NCBI GenBank assembly: GCA_016783135.1
Contig: JADHXC010000008.1
Location: 309-64,308 of the forward strand
Source of the DNA: Dehalococcoidales bacterium
GTDB lineage: Bacteria > Chloroflexota > Dehalococcoidia > Dehalococcoidales > Fen-1064
DNA length: 64,000 bases
Reading direction: 5' to 3'
Positions 29,775 to 37,939 of the stretch are shown piece by piece. A model generated the notes under the pieces. The model was given only the letters and a program-made list of their open reading frames with translations. It did not search any database and was not told the DNA's origin. Position numbers and translations under genes: made by a program. Position 1 is the first letter of the stretch, and each line of letters begins with the position of its first letter.

Positions 29775-31982
29775 ATGTCCAAGATAATTGCCTCGGCAGC
29801 TATCAGGGGTGCTCACAATATTGTCGGTAACGCCGAGAAGAAGTGGCAGGAGGCCATGGACAAGTGGAGCGCCAAAGAGCCTGTGGGTTTCCCAAATACA
29901 GCCTACTTCTTACCCATAATCTACGGTATGCTCGGTGAAAAAGTAGAGAACCTGGGGGATATGGAGCCGATTCTAAAACGATGTCGGGCCATGCTGCCCC
30001 CAATGGTCAAAGAAGTACATCCGCTGCCCTACCTGGCTCCAGCCCTTGACGCAGGGATGGCAACACTCTTCGCAGAAGAGATGGTAGAGGCTATCCGCTA
30101 CCTGGAGAATCCCAATTTCTATATACAGGGTGAGGATGTCAGCGATGACAACATCTGGCTAGGCGCTGCCGATGATGTTATCCTGAGAAAGCGCGGTGTT
30201 GAGTTCGTGGATGGCACGGCCCCGGGATTTGCCGCGATACTCGGTGCTGCTCCCACTACGGAAATCGCCGCAAACATTGCCCAGGAGCTTCTGGAAAAGA
30301 ACCTTTATGTCTTCATGGCTGGCAGATATAATGGTGTCAGTTTTGCCGAGCAGCTCGTTGAGGCCGGCGTGCAAATTGGCTGGCCAACAAGGCTGGTCTC
30401 CTTCGGTCCCGACACGAGCGCTGCCGTATTCGCCATGGGTTTTGCTACGCGTGCTGCCATGTCCTTCGGTGGTATGGAACCCGGAGACTATCGCAAGATA
30501 CTGATTTATAACAAAGACCGCGTCTTCGCTTTTGTGCTGCCAATGGGCTATGTAACCGACGAGTGGTACGCCAATGCCGCCGGTGTCATCAACTGGGGCT
30601 TCCCCGTCATCGCGGATACCCCGATACCGGAAGTATTACCCACTGGTATCTGCACCTATGAGCACGTTGTCTCCAACATACCCCACGATGAAATTGTAGC
30701 CAAAGCTGTTGAGGTACGTGGACTCAAGGTTACCGTCGCTGACGTACCGATTCCCGTAGCCTACGGCCCAGCTTTTGAAGGTGAGCGTGTGCGTGGCGAG
30801 GACATTTACCTGGAGTGCGGCGGAGGCCGGACTGCCATGGTAGAGTGGGTCACCTCGAAGCGAATGGACGAAGTTGAAGACGGACATGTTGAAATAATCG
30901 GTCCGGATATCGACAGCATCGAACCCGGTTCCCGGTTACCGCTGGCAATAGTAGTGGAGGTTGCCGGCAGGGAGTTCGAAGAGGACTACGAGCCTATCCT
31001 CGAGCGCCAGATTCACCACCTGATAAACTATGCCCAGGGTGCAATGCACATCGGCCAGCGAGACATCGCCTGGATAAGGGTGGGCAAGGGTGCCGTGGAG
31101 AAGGGCTTCAAACTGGAGCACATTGGCGCGCTACTCCACGCTAAAATCCACCAGGACTTCGGCCGGATATTTGACAAGCTCCAGGTTAAGCTCTATACCG
31201 AAGAAGACAAGGTAAAGGACATAATAGAAAAGGCACGTACGGTCTACTCCGAGCGTGACGCCAGAATTGAAGGTATGACCGACGAGACCACCGAGACCTA
31301 CTACTCCTGCACGCTGTGCCAATCTTTCGCTCCCAGCCACGTCTGCGTGGTCAGCCCCGAGAGGACCGGACTCTGTGGTTCATATAACTGGATGGACTGC
31401 AAGGCATCCTTCGAGATAAACCCCACCGGCCCGAATCAACCCGTGGAGAAGGGTGAGACAATCGATGCCAAGCTCGGCCAGTGGAAGGGTGTCAACGACT
31501 TCGTCTTCCAGGCATCGCGTGGTAAGATTGACCACTATAACTTCTATAGCATAATCAACGACCCGATGACCACCTGCGGATGCTGCGAGGCAATCGCGGC
31601 AGTCCTGCCGATGTGCAACGGCATCATGACCGTCAACCGCGAGTACAGCGGTATGACCCCGTGTGGAATGAAATTCACCACGCTGGCCGGGACAATCGGC
31701 GGCGGTATCAGCAGCCCGGGATTTGTAGGCCACGGTAAGTACAACATCTGCCAGAGGAAATTCATCATTGGCGATGGTGGCCTGCTGCGTATAGTCTGGA
31801 TGCCCAAGATGCTGAAGGAAGAGATAGCTGACAGACTGAATGCCAGGGCTGAGGAGATGGGTGTACCCAACTTGATGGATATGATTGCCGATGAATCCGT
31901 GGGTGAGACCGAAGAGGATATTCTCCCATTCCTGGAGGAGAAGGGACATCCCGCCCTCACCATGGACTCGATACTGGGCTAA
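29775..31982 (+). CDS. acsB: acetyl-CoA synthase (A-cluster subunit AcsB)
   Basis: 735 aa. A-cluster cysteines CTLCQSFAPSHVC...LCGS and the Cys-Gly-Cys motif TTCGCCEA. Confidence 0.9.
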   Translation: MSKIIASAAIRGAHNIVGNAEKKWQEAMDKWSAKEPVGFPNTAYFLPIIYGMLGEKVENLGDMEPILKRCRAMLPPMVKEVHPLPYLAPALDAGMATLFAEEMVEAIRYLENPNFYIQGEDVSDDNIWLGAADDVILRKRGVEFVDGTAPGFAAILGAAPTTEIAANIAQELLEKNLYVFMAGRYNGVSFAEQLVEAGVQIGWPTRLVSFGPDTSAAVFAMGFATRAAMSFGGMEPGDYRKILIYNKDRVFAFVLPMGYVTDEWYANAAGVINWGFPVIADTPIPEVLPTGICTYEHVVSNIPHDEIVAKAVEVRGLKVTVADVPIPVAYGPAFEGERVRGEDIYLECGGGRTAMVEWVTSKRMDEVEDGHVEIIGPDIDSIEPGSRLPLAIVVEVAGREFEEDYEPILERQIHHLINYAQGAMHIGQRDIAWIRVGKGAVEKGFKLEHIGALLHAKIHQDFGRIFDKLQVKLYTEEDKVKDIIEKARTVYSERDARIEGMTDETTETYYSCTLCQSFAPSHVCVVSPERTGLCGSYNWMDCKASFEINPTGPNQPVEKGETIDAKLGQWKGVNDFVFQASRGKIDHYNFYSIINDPMTTCGCCEAIAAVLPMCNGIMTVNREYSGMTPCGMKFTTLAGTIGGGISSPGFVGHGKYNICQRKFIIGDGGLLRIVWMPKMLKEEIADRLNARAEEMGVPNLMDMIADESVGETEEDILPFLEEKGHPALTMDSILG

Positions 31983-31998
31983 GAAAGGAGTCAGGAAT

Positions 31999-33345
31999 AT
32001 GGCACTTACCGGTATACAGATATTCAAGCTGCTGCCAAAGACGAACTGCGGCGATTGTGGAGTGCCCACCTGCCTCGCCTTTGCCATGAATTTGGCCGGG
32101 GGCAAGGCAGAACTATCGGCTTGCCCGCACGTCTCCGAAGAGGCAAAGGAGCAACTCGCTGAGGCCTCGGCACCTCCCATCAGGGCAGTTACCATCGGTA
32201 CCGGCCCCGAGGCGGTGAAGGTCGGTGGCGAGACGGTTATGTTCCGCCACGAAAAACGCTTCGAGAACCCGACGGCAGTAGCCGTACTCGTCAGCGATAC
32301 TATGTCTGATGCGGATGTTGACGGCAGGCTTCAGAGATTCAAGGAGCTCCAGTTTGAGAGAGTCGGCCTGCACCTCCGCCCCGAATTGGTGGCAGTCAAG
32401 AGCGAATCAGGGGACGCCGCCAAGTTCGGAGCCCTGGTCAGCAAGGTGGCCCAGAACAGCGATGCCAGCCTTATCCTGATGAGTGAAGACACAACTATTC
32501 TTGCTGCTGGTCTGAAGGAGTGCGCCGATAAGAAGCCGCTGGTCTATGGCGCGAGCAAAGACAACCTCGATGCCATGGCGGAGCTTGCCAAGGAGAACTC
32601 CTGCTCGATTGGTGTCAAGGCTGACGGACTCGAAGAGCTTTCCGAGCTCACCAAGAAGCTGATGGATGCCGGTGTTAATGATATTGTTATTGACTCCGGG
32701 GCCAGGACCGTTCGCAAGGTCTTCGAGGACCAGGTTATCACCCGAAACGCGGCACTTGCCAAAAAGTTCCGCCCTCTGGGGTTCCCCACGATTGCCTTCC
32801 CCTGTGAGATGACAGATAACCCGATGAAGGAAGCGATGATTTCCGCCATGCTCGTTGCTAAGTACGGTGGAATTATCGTTCTCTCTGACCTCTATGGAGA
32901 GAGTCTATTCCCTCTCCTCGTCGAACGGATGAACATCTTCACCGACCCCCAGAGACCGCTGGCAACGGAACAGGGCATCTACGATATTAACAATCCGGAT
33001 GAGAAATCTCCGGTCCTGATTACCACCAACTTTGCATTGACCTACTTCATCGTCTCCGGCGAAATAGACGGCAGCAAGGTACCCGGTCACCTCCTGGTGA
33101 TGGACACCGAAGGGCTTTCCGTAATGACCGCCTGGGCAGCAGGCAAGTTCGTGGCCGACCTTATCGGCCCGTTCGTTAAGAAGAGCGGCATCGAAGACAA
33201 GGTCAAGCACCGGAAGCTCATAATCCCCGGTTACGCCGCTGCGGAGAGTGGTGGCATTGAAGAGGAGCTTCCCGGCTGGGAGATAATGGTTGGCCCCAGG
33301 GACGCCGCCCACATTCCAGCCTACCTGAAATCTTGGAAAGCTTAG
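31999..33345 (+). CDS. acsC: corrinoid iron-sulfur protein large subunit (AcsC/CdhE)
   Basis: Starts MALTGIQIFKLLPKTNCGDCGVPTCLAFAM (4Fe-4S motif) after GAAAGGAG. The ORF-track N-terminal extension from 31885 overlaps acsB and was rejected. Confidence 0.9.
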   Translation: MALTGIQIFKLLPKTNCGDCGVPTCLAFAMNLAGGKAELSACPHVSEEAKEQLAEASAPPIRAVTIGTGPEAVKVGGETVMFRHEKRFENPTAVAVLVSDTMSDADVDGRLQRFKELQFERVGLHLRPELVAVKSESGDAAKFGALVSKVAQNSDASLILMSEDTTILAAGLKECADKKPLVYGASKDNLDAMAELAKENSCSIGVKADGLEELSELTKKLMDAGVNDIVIDSGARTVRKVFEDQVITRNAALAKKFRPLGFPTIAFPCEMTDNPMKEAMISAMLVAKYGGIIVLSDLYGESLFPLLVERMNIFTDPQRPLATEQGIYDINNPDEKSPVLITTNFALTYFIVSGEIDGSKVPGHLLVMDTEGLSVMTAWAAGKFVADLIGPFVKKSGIEDKVKHRKLIIPGYAAAESGGIEEELPGWEIMVGPRDAAHIPAYLKSWKA

Positions 33346-33354
33346 GAGGGAGCA

Positions 33355-34230
33355 ATGATTCTCATCGGAGAGAACATCAACATAATGTCCAAGACGCTCG
33401 GCCCGGCTCTCAGGGAGAGAAATGCTGCTCCCATCCAAAAGATGGCCAGAGCCATGACCGAAGCGGGAGTAGACTACCTTGATATCAACATCGGACCTGG
33501 CCGCAGGGCTGGTGACGAGATGATGGAATGGGCAGTCAAGACGGTACAGGAAGTAGTCGACATGCCCCTGTCACTCGATTGCACCAATCCCGTAGCAATC
33601 GAGGCCGGTCTCAAGGTCCACAAGGGGCGCGCGCTAATAAACTCTATATCCCTGGTCAGGATGGAAGAGGAGCTACCCCTGGTCACTAGGTATGATGCCG
33701 ACTTCATCGGGCTGCTCTGGGGACGAGAGGGTATGCCGAGAGATGCGGACGAACGCAGCATGATTGCCATGGAGCTTATGATGGCCGCCAACGAGATGGG
33801 CATATCCACCGAGACCATCTGGTTTGACCCCATCGCCACCCCGGCGAGCAACGTGGACACAAACCAGGTCATACCCTGCCTGGAGTTCATGAGCATACTC
33901 CACGATATTGCTCCCGGCGGCAAGTCAGCAGTGGGCCTGTCCAATGTCTCCAATGGTACACCCGACCATCTCCGCCCCTACCTCAACCGCACCTACCTGA
34001 TGATGCTCATGAAACATAATATACATTCGGCGATAGTGGACGCATTCGATGCGGAGCTGATTAAAACAGCCCGTGGTGAAAGGTCTGAACGTGTCGCCAT
34101 GATTCACCGCATAATGGATGGTGAAATGCCTGACCTCGCTTCCCTCGACCCGGAAGAGGCAAAGTACGCCAAGTCGGTGCGGGTGGTAACCGGAGAGGTC
34201 CTTTACTCCCACTCCTGGCTGGACGTGTAG
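33355..34230 (+). CDS. acsE: methyl-THF:corrinoid/Fe-S protein methyltransferase
   Basis: 291 aa pterin-binding (MeTr) type: ILIGENIN, DYLDINIG, LSLDCTNP, GLSNVS. Confidence 0.85.
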   Translation: MILIGENINIMSKTLGPALRERNAAPIQKMARAMTEAGVDYLDINIGPGRRAGDEMMEWAVKTVQEVVDMPLSLDCTNPVAIEAGLKVHKGRALINSISLVRMEEELPLVTRYDADFIGLLWGREGMPRDADERSMIAMELMMAANEMGISTETIWFDPIATPASNVDTNQVIPCLEFMSILHDIAPGGKSAVGLSNVSNGTPDHLRPYLNRTYLMMLMKHNIHSAIVDAFDAELIKTARGERSERVAMIHRIMDGEMPDLASLDPEEAKYAKSVRVVTGEVLYSHSWLDV

Positions 34231-34265
34231 TACCGGCAACACTCCGATAGTATCCGATAGTATTC

Positions 34266-34310
34266 GTGGAGGCCGCAATCCCGGAATAACCGACCGGGGA
34301 CGGCCTCCAC
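34266..34310 (+). other. nested GC-rich hairpin in the acsE-DUF3786 spacer
   Basis: GTGGAGGCCG (34266-34275) pairs with CGGCCTCCAC (34301-34310). Inner stem TCCCGG/CCGGGA. Preceded by the tandem 10-mer CCGATAGTAT x2 (34244-34263). Confidence 0.4.
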
Positions 34311-34361
34311 AGGTTTACAGCGGGTGCCACCACTGCAAGGCTCCCAGGGAGAAAGAAGACA

Positions 34362-35000
34362 GTGCTGCCTGTGGACGATAACCGGACAGTATACAACCTG
34401 AATGTTGCTTTCGGGGTTGTTCGTGACCGTCTGGCTGCGCTAGACCTCGAAGAGCAGTCCCGCCTCAGCGACTCCCGGTACGAGAGCGTGGACTCTGGTA
34501 TTACCGTCACTGTCGACTACCTGGGTAGACCTTATGTCATATCATTCCCGGACCTCACCGTCTTGCCGGAAGGGGATGCTGACGAACTCCCGCTGCGAGA
34601 AAAAATCCTGGTGCTGCACTATCTTGCCCAGGCCGGAGGCACCACAACAACAAACAAGCTCATTACCTACCGGGACCTTCCCGGGGGTGTGGTCTACTTC
34701 CCTACCTTCTCCAAGAGAACCACTGACCAGCTCACCAGACGGTTCGGCAGAGAACCGGAACTACTGGTGGAAGCCAGTAAGGCACTGGGCGGCCGCGAAA
34801 CTGGCCTGGGAGATACCGGTGTGGTCATCAACGGCTTCAGCCGTGTCCCGATAACGCTCGTTCTCTGGCATGGCGACGAGGAACTGGCACCACAGATGAA
34901 CATACTCTTTGATACTAACATTACAGACTACCTCGAATCCGAGGACGTAACCGTGCTCTGCGAAGTCCTCACCTGGAAACTGGTACGGTATTCACGATAG
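34362..35000 (+). CDS. DUF3786-domain protein
   Basis: 212 aa with a GTG start. Blocks ITYRDLPGGVVYFPTFSKRT and NILFDTNITDYLESEDVTVL match my recollection of DUF3786, a family seen in acs clusters. Confidence 0.65.
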   Translation: MLPVDDNRTVYNLNVAFGVVRDRLAALDLEEQSRLSDSRYESVDSGITVTVDYLGRPYVISFPDLTVLPEGDADELPLREKILVLHYLAQAGGTTTTNKLITYRDLPGGVVYFPTFSKRTTDQLTRRFGREPELLVEASKALGGRETGLGDTGVVINGFSRVPITLVLWHGDEELAPQMNILFDTNITDYLESEDVTVLCEVLTWKLVRYSR

Positions 35001-35005
35001 CAATT

Positions 35006-35022
35006 GCCCCTATATCAGGGGC
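35006..35022 (+). terminator. candidate intrinsic terminator after DUF3786
   Basis: GCCCCT-ATATC-AGGGGC hairpin followed by TGCTGATTATTATTTCT. Confidence 0.4.
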
Positions 35023-35061
35023 TGCTGATTATTATTTCTATCCAAACCAAGGAGGTATCCA

Positions 35062-35328
35062 GTGACGGAACTCTTCAAAGTAACCGGTAAAGTTATCAGC
35101 CAGAAGGGAACGTGTGAAGCCGGGATGCGTGTTGGCGACGAGTTCCCGGTGGGAGAACTCACCCCACCGAACGTGTGCTCCTACGCACTTAATGCCATAT
35201 TTCCTTTCGCCGTGGCGTTACAGACCGGCGGCTCCTTTCCCTGGGAAAAAGACCCTGACAGGACTACGGTTGCCTGCCCCGATGCAGAGAACCCGGTGGT
35301 TATTGAACTGAGGCGTGTGCGGGACTGA
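35062..35328 (+). CDS. TIGR04076-like small Cys-containing protein
   Basis: 88 aa with a GTG start 6 nt after AAGGAGG. Motifs GTCEAGMRVGDEF, PPNVCSYALNAIFPF and VACPDAENPVV. Confidence 0.6.
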   Translation: MTELFKVTGKVISQKGTCEAGMRVGDEFPVGELTPPNVCSYALNAIFPFAVALQTGGSFPWEKDPDRTTVACPDAENPVVIELRRVRD

Positions 35329-35461
35329 ATATCAGCACACGATGGCGTCCTGGCTGTTCGGCCGGTAGCGTGAACTGCGAAGCATCGCCGCCAGCATGGT
35401 CAGGGTACCCGTCTTTGACTATCTCAGGCAAAATCAGGTAGCATTAGCGCAGGTTGCTTAG

Positions 35462-36142
35462 ATGGCGGACAACGTTTCACTTTTATTTGCTTTTGGCGCC
35501 GGGCTGTCCTCCTTTCTGTTGCCATGTGTCATACCTCTGGTCCCTGTGTATTTCGCCAGTCTCTACGGTCCGGAGATATTCGACGCCAGCACCAGAAAGC
35601 GTTTCCCGATATTCCTGCACTCCGTCTGCTTTGTCCTCGGCTTCACACTGATATTCAGCGGGGTGGGAGCCGGTGCCGGATTGTTGGGCGTGGTACTCAG
35701 CCCCAGTTCGTCACTGGTACGCTGGACTGCCGGTAGTCTGCTGATACTCTTCGGCATAATCATGCTGGCCGCGCTCAAAGTACCCTGGCTTAACTTCGAA
35801 AAGCGGCTGGCCCCTTCAAAGAGTATCGCCACCGGCTACCTGCGTTCCTTCCTTACCGGGGCGGTATTCAGCGTGGCGTGGACACCATGTGTCGGACCGG
35901 TGCAGGGCACCGTTCTGACCGTTGCCTGGACTTCGCAGTCGGCCTGGGAAGGTGCTTACCTGCTGGCCGTCTATTCCCTGGGCCTGGGGCTGCCTTTCCT
36001 AGTGTTAGGAATCGCCTTTGATTTCGTCGCTCCACTGGTCAAGAAGCTTAATCGCTATTCCCGGGTGATATACATGGTCAGTGGCAGCCTACTGGTAATC
36101 ATGGGGGTACTGGTGCTGGGTAACTGGCTGGTCTGGTATTAG
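35462..36142 (+). CDS. ccdA: cytochrome c biogenesis / thiol-disulfide transfer membrane protein CcdA (DsbD family)
   Basis: 226 aa, about 6 TM segments. Conserved membrane Cys motifs LLPCVIPLVPVY and WTPCVGPV. Confidence 0.8.
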   Translation: MADNVSLLFAFGAGLSSFLLPCVIPLVPVYFASLYGPEIFDASTRKRFPIFLHSVCFVLGFTLIFSGVGAGAGLLGVVLSPSSSLVRWTAGSLLILFGIIMLAALKVPWLNFEKRLAPSKSIATGYLRSFLTGAVFSVAWTPCVGPVQGTVLTVAWTSQSAWEGAYLLAVYSLGLGLPFLVLGIAFDFVAPLVKKLNRYSRVIYMVSGSLLVIMGVLVLGNWLVWY

Positions 36143-36236
36143 GCCTGATACCAAAACTGGTATCAGAGGGCGGTTGGAGTTACAATTATATATCACCAGA
36201 TGGTGTACCAGTTATCCACCAGGAGGAGGCCAAGAC

Positions 36237-36569
36237 ATGAGTGACATTCTCGATGAAGCACACGGCATTGCCCAGTGCAGGTCCTGTCCCTGGTATCGCT
36301 CCTGCGCGACGCCGATGAGGTTGACTGTAGAAGACATCCGCCGCCAACTGGAATCAACCACAGCCGGGATGGGTGCCCCGCCGTCTGAGGATATCGGGGG
36401 TATCCAGAATCTCCTCGGTGGAATGGCAACCGCTGCCCAGAACTCGATACTTGAGGGCTGTCCGGTATTCATTCAGCGCCTGCGCTCCAGCCCCGAGCTT
36501 GCTCGACGCATCAAGGAGATGATGCAGAACTGGGCCCAGCAGGATGGGGAACAGCAAGACCAGGGATAA
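36237..36569 (+). CDS. small cytoplasmic Cys-motif protein, function unknown
   Basis: 110 aa from the ATG after AGGAGGAGG. N-terminal CRSCPWYRSC motif, later EGCPVF. No signal peptide. Confidence 0.5.
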   Translation: MSDILDEAHGIAQCRSCPWYRSCATPMRLTVEDIRRQLESTTAGMGAPPSEDIGGIQNLLGGMATAAQNSILEGCPVFIQRLRSSPELARRIKEMMQNWAQQDGEQQDQG

Positions 36570-36621
36570 CTCGGACTGGCTGAGTCAGGGTAGTAAGACG
36601 AATACGAAAGGAATAGTCCGC

Positions 36622-37866
36622 ATGGAAGAGATTGCCATCGTCAGTGCGGTACGAACACCAATCGGGCGGTACATGGGTGCCCTGAGAGATGTACCAGCTT
36701 ATGACCTTGCCGCCCTGGTACTCAACACCGCCATTGAGAAGGTTAGTATTACTCCTGCAGGCATCGACCAGGTCATTATGGGACAGTGCTACCAGAACGG
36801 AGAGTACGTAAATATCGCCCGGATGTCCCTCCTGTGCGCAGGGTGGCCCGTGGAGATTCCCGGTATAACGCTGGACCGGCGGTGTTGCTCCGGGTTGGAT
36901 GCAATTTGCTTCGGCGGTATGCTCATCCAGACAGGACAGGCTGAAATCGTTGTTGCCGGTGGTGTCGAACATATGAGCAGTGCCGAGTTCTATATCCCCG
37001 GCTCGATAAAGTGGGGTGTCGGCGGAACGGGAGATATGCCCCGGGGACACGGTAGTCTGGCCACGTGGGGAATGCCCCTCTACGACCGTATACAGCGTGG
37101 CAGGGTAATGTCGCAACCAATAGACAGGTTCGGCGTACTCCAGTCTATGATGGTCTGGGGAGATAAGGCCGCCGAGGAGGAAGCTATATCCCGCGAGGAA
37201 TGTGACCTCTGGGCACTCAGGGCACACCAGAAAGCAATTGCCGCCATGGACTCGGGTAAATTCGCCGAAGAGATTGTCCCGGTAGCGGTACCCCAGCCAC
37301 GAGGAGAGCCGGTCATTGTCGATACTGACGAAACTCCCCGGCGTGATACCTCGGTGGAACGTCTGGCCAGACTCCGCTCCGTACTTGGCGGTGTTTCCAC
37401 AGCGGGTAACTCGTCTTCGGAGAACGATGGTGCCGCCGCCGTGGTGCTGGTCTCAGGCAACCGGGCTAAGGAGTTGAATATAGAACCACTGGCCTACCTA
37501 AGGTCATTCGCTGTTGCCGGTACCGACCCGATACGTACATGGCTGTCAGTACCCAAGGCAGTTAATAAAGCGCTGGAAAAGGCAGGTCTTGAAATAGGGC
37601 AGATAGAACTAATTGAGGTACAGGAGGCCTTTGCCGGGCAGTTGCTGGCGGACCTAAAGGAAATGGGCCTGTCCGAAGCGGAGTGCGAGAGCAAGGTGAA
37701 TGTCAACGGTTCCGGGATTAGCCTCGGGCACCCGGTCGGAGCTACGGGGGCTATAAGGTTGACCACGCTGCTGCACGAGATGAAGCGACGTAATGTAAGA
37801 TATGGTCTGGAGACGATCTGTGGAGGCGGCGGACTGGGTATCGCCGCCGTCTTCGAGAGGAAGTAA
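36622..37866 (+). CDS. acetyl-CoA C-acetyltransferase (thiolase)
   Basis: Starts MEEIAIVSAVRTPIGRY. Active-site RRCCSGLDAI. C-terminal NGSGISLGHPVGATG and CGGGGLG. Confidence 0.9.
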   Translation: MEEIAIVSAVRTPIGRYMGALRDVPAYDLAALVLNTAIEKVSITPAGIDQVIMGQCYQNGEYVNIARMSLLCAGWPVEIPGITLDRRCCSGLDAICFGGMLIQTGQAEIVVAGGVEHMSSAEFYIPGSIKWGVGGTGDMPRGHGSLATWGMPLYDRIQRGRVMSQPIDRFGVLQSMMVWGDKAAEEEAISREECDLWALRAHQKAIAAMDSGKFAEEIVPVAVPQPRGEPVIVDTDETPRRDTSVERLARLRSVLGGVSTAGNSSSENDGAAAVVLVSGNRAKELNIEPLAYLRSFAVAGTDPIRTWLSVPKAVNKALEKAGLEIGQIELIEVQEAFAGQLLADLKEMGLSEAECESKVNVNGSGISLGHPVGATGAIRLTTLLHEMKRRNVRYGLETICGGGGLGIAAVFERK

Positions 37867-37939
37867 GACTGCTACTCCAGGAGCCGCCCACGGCCGGTAT
37901 ATTATGGTATCACGAGTGCAATGGAGAAAGTGAGCCCTT

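Noticed and set aside
31885-31998. ORF-track N-terminal extensions: acsC from 31885, methyltransferase from 40281, NuoE-like from 41958, thiolase from 36544, oppD from 6531, fabK from 48368, rsmH to 21113, nrdR to 17268, CoA-transferase to 57810.
   Set aside because: In each case the extension overlaps the preceding gene or a predicted promoter and lacks family similarity. An internal start preceded by an SD coincides with the conserved N-terminus of the family.
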